IMG/VR virus record: IMGVR_UViG_3300022555_000017
Span: 1 to 64,000 of that record
Source of the DNA: a virus
Lineage: Duplodnaviria; Heunggongvirae; Uroviricota; Caudoviricetes
DNA length: 64,000 nt
Strand: one strand, 5' to 3'
A program made the translations under genes and the position numbers. The notes under the pieces were generated by a model. It was not told the DNA's origin. It made no database searches and saw only the letters and a list, made by a program, of their open reading frames with translations. Of the stretch, positions 57,008 through 64,000 are shown piece by piece (positions within the stretch are counted from its first letter, which is position 1; each line of letters starts with the position of its first letter).

Positions 57008-57274
57008 TTATTTGTCAATCTTTTCTTTTACTTTTTCTTCTTTTATTTTTTTCTTTCCAAGAGCATTTTCAATAATAAAATCTCTTACTGGAAATGACAA
57101 AGCATCTAAACGGCAGTGTAACCCCTGAGCTATAATATTTATAGGGCCAACTACTGTTGCAATATGCCTTACCGCTTCTGCCAAATCAAATGCAGCAATA
57201 AATGCTGTAAAGCTGTTGAAATTTGGAATCTTTTCGTATTCAATTCTATACACATTAACTGTTTTTCCTGCCAT
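57008..57274 (-). CDS. Hypothetical protein (88 aa)
   Basis: ORF. Confidence 0.4.
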   Translation of the reverse strand: MAGKTVNVYRIEYEKIPNFNSFTAFIAAFDLAEAVRHIATVVGPINIIAQGLHCRLDALSFPVRDFIIENALGKKKIKEEKVKEKIDK

Positions 57275-57343
57275 CTTAAACTCCTATTAAACCTTTTATT
57301 TTATTCAAACAACATAACTTATCATTATACCAATCTTTGTCAT

Positions 57344-57547
57344 TTAGCCTTCTATTATATCTTCATAACAAGGTTCATAAACATATGAATTTTTTTCTTT
57401 ATCAATTTTAGTAATCTTATAATACGATATAAAACCACTAGTTATTGATTCTTCTATTTTATCTAACATACTTTCTGATATAAAAATTTCGCCAATCTCA
57501 ACTTTTTTCGGCTCTGTTTTTAACATTCTAACTTCAGATGATTTCAT
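57344..57547 (-). CDS. Hypothetical protein (67 aa)
   Basis: ORF. Confidence 0.35.
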   Translation of the reverse strand: MKSSEVRMLKTEPKKVEIGEIFISESMLDKIEESITSGFISYYKITKIDKEKNSYVYEPCYEDIIEG

Positions 57548-57681
57548 TATTTCTTTTTTCCTTTTTTCTTTTTACTTTTAGGTGCTACTTGTTGCTCTTT
57601 ATCTTGTTTCTTTTTATTTCCCATAATAGATTTCCTCCTGTAAATATGTTTAATCTATTTATGAGAAAATTAAAATAAATA

Positions 57682-58815
57682 TTATTTCTTTGTTTTTTTC
57701 TTTGTCGTTACAGGATTTTCAGCTAAAGCGACATCTAACTCTTCTGAAGTTTTAACATCAACATTTTCAAGTAACTTCTCTGCTGCTTCCACCATTTCAT
57801 TATGCGTAGAATAACCAGTATTTTTCAACCACTCATCAACTTCTTCTAATAATTCAGGATGATTGGCTAAATTAGCTGTTGCATTATCAAATCCTTGTCC
57901 TAAAACTTCCCCAGTTTTTGTAATCTTAAACCATGCGCCACCTTGAGTTACAATGCCAGCTTCTATCAATAGATCAACAATGCCAGCATATATATCAATA
58001 CCCTTATTATAATCTATTTTAATAATTGCATCCTGATATGGTGGATACATACGATTCTTTATTGTCGTAGCCTTGATAATACTCTCACCTTCATTACTCT
58101 TTTCCTTTTTAAGTGATAAAAGAATACTTGGAAACATTCTCATTGCCTTACCACCGCCAATCTGATCCGGTAATGGAACCTGCCCTGGCCTACTATACAT
58201 ATGACCAGTTATAATACCGATAGAACCAGTTTCGATAATAACATTCAGCATCATTTTTAGCATTGAACGAATTTTCTTCTGTAGCTGACCTTGATCTGCT
58301 TTAGGTTCACCCTTCAAAGCATCAGCCATAACTTTATCTTGATCTAAACCACCAACAGAATCTAATCCTATTATTCCCTTTTGACCTGTTGCTAAAAGCT
58401 TTTCTTTAATCTGTGCCAAAGTTATTTTTACATTATCAACATATGGTGTATAAAAATACTGAGATTTCTTTGTATTTAATCCCCATCTTTTAGCAAAATC
58501 ATTACCACAGCCTAGTTCTGAATCCATAATAAATGGAATATAGCCTTGCTTTTGCCCTTCTAACATACATAAAACCATAAAAGATGATTTCATTGTATGT
58601 TCAGGCCCTACAATACCAACGAGATTTTTATGCGGAATACCCTTATGTAATGAGCCAGATATAATCCTATTCAAATCCAATGCAGGTGTTTTAACCCATT
58701 CAGTGACATTACCAATAGTAGATTCTGATAATGTTGAAATGTGAATACTTGGTAATGCTTTTTGCAATCCGGCTAATATATTATCAAATACTTCCTGATC
58801 TATTTCTTCTGTCAT
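57682..58815 (-). CDS. uvsX: UvsX/RecA-like recombinase
   Basis: SGSLHKGIPHKNLVGIVGPEHTMKSSF...IMDSELG parallels T4 UvsX SGEITGGMQSGLLILAGPSKSFKSNF...FYDSEFG. Confidence 0.65.
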   Translation of the reverse strand: MTEEIDQEVFDNILAGLQKALPSIHISTLSESTIGNVTEWVKTPALDLNRIISGSLHKGIPHKNLVGIVGPEHTMKSSFMVLCMLEGQKQGYIPFIMDSELGCGNDFAKRWGLNTKKSQYFYTPYVDNVKITLAQIKEKLLATGQKGIIGLDSVGGLDQDKVMADALKGEPKADQGQLQKKIRSMLKMMLNVIIETGSIGIITGHMYSRPGQVPLPDQIGGGKAMRMFPSILLSLKKEKSNEGESIIKATTIKNRMYPPYQDAIIKIDYNKGIDIYAGIVDLLIEAGIVTQGGAWFKITKTGEVLGQGFDNATANLANHPELLEEVDEWLKNTGYSTHNEMVEAAEKLLENVDVKTSEELDVALAENPVTTKKKTKK

Positions 58816-58830
58816 TTATATAACCTCTTT

Positions 58831-61020
58831 TTATATTTTAGATAAAACTGAAAATCCCTGCGACTTATTTACCATATAAGCGTTATTAAATTCCAGATCA
58901 TCTATTTCTTGTCTATGTGTTACTATATAAATTTTACTACTATCATCTCTCTGTTTACCTTTAATAATCCTTAGCATTTGTTTCAAACCAGATGAATCTA
59001 TTGATGAATCCAATATTTCATCTAAAACCAATATATCAGGCCATATACCAGCCTGTAAACGAGAAATATCTAAAAAAGCTAACTGCATTGATAAATCTAT
59101 GCTTCTAGCCTCACCACCACTTAAATTACCATAAGAGCAATTAAATATTCCTGGCCCTTCTATCGTTTCATTTAACCAAGCATCTAATATAAGATAAAAG
59201 TTTACACCACTTTCAGCCAGATAATAATTTACCTGTTTATTCAAATAGGGAAGAAATGATGATATAGCATATTGTTTTATATTTTCATCTTTACATATTA
59301 ATTTTAAATAATTTAAATGATCGACTATAAGATTTAAACTTACATTATCCTTCTCTAACTTTTTTATTTCTTTATTATTTTTACTTCTATTATCTTCAAT
59401 ATCAGATAATAATTTTAGTAAATCTCTTTTTCTCTTTGTTTCTTGATCTACTTTCTCTAAAAGGATTCTCTTTTCTATCTCTAAATTATTAATGATTTTT
59501 AAAGATTCTTCAAATGATTCTATATCTATTCTAGTTTCAGTAATCGTAATCTTTATTTCTTGTAATTCCATATCAACTTTTAATCTTTCTTCTTCAACTT
59601 TTAATAGAAAAAATTGTATCTTTTCTACTTCTCTTTCAAGTCTTTCTAAATCATATGATAAGGCATCCTCTGAATAATTCTTTAACTCTAGTTCCAGCTC
59701 AATCTTTTTTATTTTAATTCTATTTAACTCTTTACTTTCAATATTTATCTTCTCTAAGCTTTCTTTATTTTCTTTCAGTAATAATTCTAACACATCTAAT
59801 TTAATTTGTAAATCACTACTACATACCATTCTAATATTGATTTTATTAAATAGTTTATCCTTACAATCATCGGTTATTGCTGTGTTACATAACGGACATT
59901 GATCAGATGCTTCTATTATACTCAAATCACTTCTAAGATTCAGTAAAACGCCTTCATTAACATTAATAGTATCTTTCAAAATAGAATATTCATCCATCAC
60001 ACCTTTAATCTCTGTATCTTTTAACGATATAGTATTACTCAACTCTAAAATTAACTTGTCTATATCTGGATAAGTAGATTCGTAGGAATCATATTCTTTT
60101 TTTAAGGTAGTATACTTTTCATTGATTTTTATTCCCTCCTTGATTAAACTTATCTCTTCCTTCTTATTAGTAATCATATTTTTATATTCTTCTATTTGAC
60201 TATCATATATAGAAATACTCTTACTACATTCAAATTCTTTGTCTAAATATGAAGTTCTTTCAAGTATAGCTTCTTCATATTCTCTTCTCAGTGACACCTT
60301 ATCATATGTCTTTAATTTATTTTCAATCTCTTTTAATGTATCTTCTGATGAACTAATTTTATTAATCATTTCAAGAAGTTCATTACCTTTAATACCTAAA
60401 CTTACATCAACGGATTTATATTGACCCATAGATAAATTATTCATACTTATCTTATCCAAATTTATCTGCAAATACTTATTGCCTTTCTCTACAAGTTTAG
60501 AATACATTTCAAGAGAAAATATCCGTTCAAGAAACTGCCTCTTCTTTCCCGTATCTAACTTTAGTATAGGTGTTAAATTGTTAAGATTAGTATGGATTAG
60601 ATTAATAAAAGATAGAAAATCAAATCCCAATATTTCTTTTTCAAAGAACTTTTGATAATCTCTCGCATCAGACAATAATGGTATTAAAGAACCATTTTCA
60701 TATATTTCTAATTTATCTGGTTTTATTGCTCTTAATATGGAATAATTTTTAGTATCTTTTATAAAATTTAATATGACTTCACAGTTCTTTTTATTTTTCC
60801 AGTTTATTATCTGTTCTTTTTTAACTGGCTTATTTGTTCTACCAAATAAAGCAAATGGTATTGTCTCCATAACAGAACTTTTACCTGAAGCGTTTGATCG
60901 TTTTTTATCATGGTCAAAACCAAATATGGCATTAATACCAGGCTCAAAAATTAAATGTTGAGGCGAATTACCATAACTGAAAAAATTCTTAAAAGTAGTA
61001 TCTTGAAAATCTAATATCAT
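58831..61020 (-). CDS. T4 gp46-like SbcC/Rad50 recombination ATPase
   Basis: N-terminal Walker A FGFDHDKKRSNASGKSS; long coiled-coil with a CPLC zinc hook; C-terminal LSGGEARSIDLSMQLAF...LVLDEILD signature and Walker B. Confidence 0.75.
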   Translation of the reverse strand: MILDFQDTTFKNFFSYGNSPQHLIFEPGINAIFGFDHDKKRSNASGKSSVMETIPFALFGRTNKPVKKEQIINWKNKKNCEVILNFIKDTKNYSILRAIKPDKLEIYENGSLIPLLSDARDYQKFFEKEILGFDFLSFINLIHTNLNNLTPILKLDTGKKRQFLERIFSLEMYSKLVEKGNKYLQINLDKISMNNLSMGQYKSVDVSLGIKGNELLEMINKISSSEDTLKEIENKLKTYDKVSLRREYEEAILERTSYLDKEFECSKSISIYDSQIEEYKNMITNKKEEISLIKEGIKINEKYTTLKKEYDSYESTYPDIDKLILELSNTISLKDTEIKGVMDEYSILKDTINVNEGVLLNLRSDLSIIEASDQCPLCNTAITDDCKDKLFNKINIRMVCSSDLQIKLDVLELLLKENKESLEKINIESKELNRIKIKKIELELELKNYSEDALSYDLERLEREVEKIQFFLLKVEEERLKVDMELQEIKITITETRIDIESFEESLKIINNLEIEKRILLEKVDQETKRKRDLLKLLSDIEDNRSKNNKEIKKLEKDNVSLNLIVDHLNYLKLICKDENIKQYAISSFLPYLNKQVNYYLAESGVNFYLILDAWLNETIEGPGIFNCSYGNLSGGEARSIDLSMQLAFLDISRLQAGIWPDILVLDEILDSSIDSSGLKQMLRIIKGKQRDDSSKIYIVTHRQEIDDLEFNNAYMVNKSQGFSVLSKI

Positions 61021-61253
61021 TAGATAAAATCATCATTATCTATGTCATTATCAATATCATAGCCGAATGATTCATATGCCTCATCAAAGGCTTCATCAAG
61101 TCCGATACATTCCTGAAGAGTATCGCAATCATACTCTTCAAATCCTGTTATAAGAACCTTATACACCTTAACCCTTGTATCAAAATCCTCTATCTCAATT
61201 TTAATACCATATATCACATCTTCCATTAAATTAGAACCAGTAGCCCATCCCAT
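61020..61253 (-). CDS. Small acidic hypothetical protein (77 aa)
   Basis: ORF. Confidence 0.35.
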   Translation of the reverse strand: MGWATGSNLMEDVIYGIKIEIEDFDTRVKVYKVLITGFEEYDCDTLQECIGLDEAFDEAYESFGYDIDNDIDNDDFI

Positions 61254-61256
61254 AGT

Positions 61257-61772
61257 TTATTCCTCCTGATCTCTTATTTGTTCATATATACTTGAAGCTA
61301 AATCAGCTACACGACTTGCCCAGCTAGGATCATCTGTATTCAATGATACTTCCTCATGGAAATCTGAAAAATCATGTGGAATTAATTTATAAGGGTTTTT
61401 AGCATCTAAATCTACATAACAATGTCTTAATTCATGCCTAAGTATTCTAACTCTATCATCCCTTGTAATATTATCCCATGCAATTTTATCAACAGTTAAA
61501 ATATAATCAAAACCTTCTTCTATTCTATCATCAGCAGTTAGTGTTCTTAAAAGATCATTTGTTTTTCTTATCTGAGCTAAAATTACCAGACCTTCTTTTG
61601 TTCTCTTCTTTAAATCAAAAAGGCAACAAATCTGTGCGCTTCTAAGTTCAGGAAAAAAATCTGCTCTCACATCTGTTAATAATGCCTTTAATAAATCCGA
61701 TGCATCTTCAAATCTACTCATTAGTCTGTACCTCACATTCACAATTTTCACCGCAAGTTTCACCACAATCAC
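61257..61772 (-). CDS. Hypothetical protein with an HExxH motif (RHELRH); possible SprT-like metallopeptidase
   Basis: The HELRH motif is the only handle. Confidence 0.35.
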   Translation of the reverse strand: MIVVKLAVKIVNVRYRLMSRFEDASDLLKALLTDVRADFFPELRSAQICCLFDLKKRTKEGLVILAQIRKTNDLLRTLTADDRIEEGFDYILTVDKIAWDNITRDDRVRILRHELRHCYVDLDAKNPYKLIPHDFSDFHEEVSLNTDDPSWASRVADLASSIYEQIRDQEE

Positions 61773-62010
61773 ATTCTTTTTCTGTAAGTTCTTTATTTAA
61801 CTGAATAGGATATACCCAATCAATTCTATTTGGTTTAAATGGCTCATCTACTACAATTTGAATATAAAAATAATTTTCAGATATACAAGCAGCCATAGCC
61901 TTATCTACTGTACTATAAAGACCAACTACAGCCCAAGTTACATTACCGTCTGGCGTAGAACCATATTCACCAACCAAATAAGCCTTCAACTTAAACAAAT
62001 TCTTAAACAT
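61714..62010 (-). CDS. Hypothetical protein (98 aa) with a C-terminal CDCGETCGENCECE cysteine cluster
   Basis: ORF. Confidence 0.35.
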   Translation of the reverse strand: MFKNLFKLKAYLVGEYGSTPDGNVTWAVVGLYSTVDKAMAACISENYFYIQIVVDEPFKPNRIDWVYPIQLNKELTEKECDCGETCGENCECEVQTNE

Positions 62011-62021
62011 TTTTATCTCCT

Positions 62022-62990
62022 TTATTTAATTTTGCTATATACCTTATACCAATCTACAAATTCCTTTATACCATCTTCTATAGAGAACTTAGGTTCATAC
62101 CCTAACTCTCTTTTAACCATTGTTAAATCTGATAATGATTCAACTATCTCACCTTTAGGTAGATCAACATATTCTCTTTTTGCTTCAATACCAGTAGTTT
62201 TTTCTATTATATCAAGTAGTTCTTTTAGCTGAACCATTTCACCACGACCCAAGTTATATAGTTTATAATCTATTGGCCTTTCAAATGCTAACATGAAACC
62301 ATTAATAATGTCATCTATATAAGTAAAGTCCCTATACATATTTCCATTATTATTTATTACCACTTTAGTACCATTATACACTGCTTTAACCCATTTGTAA
62401 ACTACCATATCTGGACGGCCCCAAGGCCCATAAACTGTAAAAAACCTTAGCCCTGTTGTTTTTATACCGAAATTTTTATTAAAAGCGTATGCTTCCATTT
62501 CATTAAATTTCTTTGTTGCGGCGTATGTATTCAATGGGCGTTCCGTACTATCTGTTTCCTTATAAGGCGGCACTAAATCACCATAAACACTACTACTTGA
62601 CGCATATACAAAGTTCTTTACATTATAATTTTTAGCAGCATTGATTATATTTGTAAACCCATAGCAGTTAGTTAAGATATATGGTTCAGGATTTGTTAAA
62701 GAATACTGAACCCCGGCATATGCTGCTAAGTTGCATACATAGTTGGGCTTTTCTTTCTTAAAAATCCAATCTACATTATCTCTTGATGCTATATCCATTT
62801 CATAGTTCTTAAATGATGGATTTTTTACAATCTGTTTAATCCTTTCTCTCTTTAGCATTGCATCATAATATGTATTAAAGTTATCAACACCAACAACTTT
62901 TACACCTAACTTTAATAGTTTCCTACATAAATGAAACCCTATAAAACCAGCTGAACCTGTTACTAAAACTTTATCATCCTTTTCAAACAT
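62022..62990 (-). CDS. NAD-dependent epimerase/dehydratase (SDR family, nucleotide-sugar 4-epimerase-like)
   Basis: VLVTGSAGFIGFHLCRKLL Rossmann motif and YAASKKFNE-type Y..K catalytic dyad (YAATKKFNE). Confidence 0.7.
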   Translation of the reverse strand: MFEKDDKVLVTGSAGFIGFHLCRKLLKLGVKVVGVDNFNTYYDAMLKRERIKQIVKNPSFKNYEMDIASRDNVDWIFKKEKPNYVCNLAAYAGVQYSLTNPEPYILTNCYGFTNIINAAKNYNVKNFVYASSSSVYGDLVPPYKETDSTERPLNTYAATKKFNEMEAYAFNKNFGIKTTGLRFFTVYGPWGRPDMVVYKWVKAVYNGTKVVINNNGNMYRDFTYIDDIINGFMLAFERPIDYKLYNLGRGEMVQLKELLDIIEKTTGIEAKREYVDLPKGEIVESLSDLTMVKRELGYEPKFSIEDGIKEFVDWYKVYSKIK

Positions 62991-62991
62991 A

Positions 62992-63984
62992 TTATTCTCC
63001 TATAATCAACTTATCTATTAGTTTATTCATTACATTCCTTTTTAAGTTCTCAGGAAAGTCTAACTTATCTATGTACTCCAATAAAATCTCTTTATTATCT
63101 TTAACTTGTATATCTTCTAACTTTAAATCTGATGCTATAACATTTATATTACTAAAATCTACTGTCAGTTCCATTGGATTGTGCATCTGTATCTCATCAA
63201 TAAGTTTTTCATTCTCTAACTTGCCATAATCCCTATCAAAAATTAACTTAACAACATTACCAGTTATAGTTGATGGGACTATTTTATTATCTGTAAACAA
63301 CTTAACATACTTAGGTGCGTCATCATATAGTACAAACTCTAACTTATCATTTATTAAAGTATAATAGCCTCTTACAGAACCAACATCATTAAAAGTTAAA
63401 TGATATGGCGCCCCCATATATATTATATTTCCTTTTGTTGAAGGCGTATGAAAATGACCTGTCAATACAAGGTCATAATTTTCTAAATCAGTATACTCTA
63501 AATTAGCTCCCTTAAATGGTGTGCTACCAGCTATGTTAAAACCATTTATTTCAAGATGCCCAAACAGATATTTATACTCACTACTTTTTATATATGCTGG
63601 ATTGTATAACCAAGGAGCTAATAGAGAATCATCCAGTTCTGTTGTTGAATCTATTATTTTAACATTATCAAACAGTTCAAAGAACATTAAACTATGAATC
63701 TTAGAACTATCTTTATAATATATATCATGATTTCCTAATACAATAATCAGCTCTAGTCCGGCATCTTCAATCATATCAAGTATTTCATATGATATAGCTA
63801 AAGTTAAAATGTTTATCTGCTTTCTTGTATCGTGCCAATCGCCTAAATGTAGGATTGTTTTTACATTCTTTCGTACACAAGTATCAATAACATTCTTAAA
63901 AAAGTTGAAGGTAACATTATGCCATATATCAGAAAACTTATGTGACCCTAAATGAGTATCTGTGATTATTACACAATCCCTCAT
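62992..63984 (-). CDS. T4 gp47-like SbcD/Mre11 nuclease
   Basis: Calcineurin-like motifs DTHLG, GDWHD and GNHD; located upstream of gp46 as in T4. Confidence 0.75.
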   Translation of the reverse strand: MRDCVIITDTHLGSHKFSDIWHNVTFNFFKNVIDTCVRKNVKTILHLGDWHDTRKQINILTLAISYEILDMIEDAGLELIIVLGNHDIYYKDSSKIHSLMFFELFDNVKIIDSTTELDDSLLAPWLYNPAYIKSSEYKYLFGHLEINGFNIAGSTPFKGANLEYTDLENYDLVLTGHFHTPSTKGNIIYMGAPYHLTFNDVGSVRGYYTLINDKLEFVLYDDAPKYVKLFTDNKIVPSTITGNVVKLIFDRDYGKLENEKLIDEIQMHNPMELTVDFSNINVIASDLKLEDIQVKDNKEILLEYIDKLDFPENLKRNVMNKLIDKLIIGE

Positions 63985-64000
63985 TTTTTATAATCATCCT

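Noticed and set aside
1-64000. Possible giant eukaryotic virus, suggested by the extreme AT content and the multigene zinc-finger family
   Set aside because: The core genes are T4-type (gp32, gp61, UvsX, gp46/47, RNase H, NrdDG). Bacterial sigma70 promoters, SD sequences, rho-independent terminators and a lipobox lipoprotein indicate a bacteriophage.

Overview
This window is an AT-rich, densely packed segment of a distant T4-like (Tevenvirinae-type) myovirus. T4-like core replication and recombination genes are recognisable by direct protein similarity: gp32 SSB (18786-19703), RNase H/FEN (31496-32365), NrdG-NrdD anaerobic RNR (32676-35818), gp61-type primase (36430-37482), and on the minus strand UvsX (57682-58815), gp46 SbcC-like (58831-61020) and gp47 SbcD-like (62992-63984). 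Sigma70-consensus promoters, intrinsic terminators and a lipobox lipoprotein indicate a bacterial, probably Gram-negative, host that I cannot name. Around this core the window is dominated by accessory content: (i) at least 10 copies plus one truncated remnant of a multigene family with 1-3 N-terminal ~45-aa C-H-C-C zinc-ribbon repeats and a C-terminal Vsr/DUF559-like PD-(D/E)XK nuclease domain, inserted intergenically (for example exactly between nrdG and nrdD), which I interpret as a free-standing homing-endonuclease-like family; (ii) a cold-shock protein gene (cspA) split by a ~733-bp group-I-like intron carrying an HNH endonuclease ORF; (iii) an ~10.5-kb glycan cluster at 40613-51089 with NeuB-like nonulosonic acid synthase, NeuA-like CMP-sugar synthetase, class IV aminotransferase, radical SAM/SPASM protein, two DUF115/Maf-like paralogs, two SAM methyltransferases, a metallophosphoesterase and five GT2/GT4 glycosyltransferase domains; (iv) a minus-strand tandem array of seven small cysteine-rich paralogs (2598-4909) interleaved with a second small paralog pair; (v) two adjacent large paralogs with glutamine-synthetase-like/amidoligase-like motifs (6692-9377); (vi) single genes for a DHH/DHHA1 phosphoesterase, an Hjc-like resolvase, an SPFH lipoprotein, a vWA protein, a sigma region-4-like HTH protein and an NAD-dependent epimerase sitting between gp47 and gp46; (vii) several tandem and direct repeats and structured non-coding stretches. 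No rRNA, tRNA or CRISPR array could be supported.
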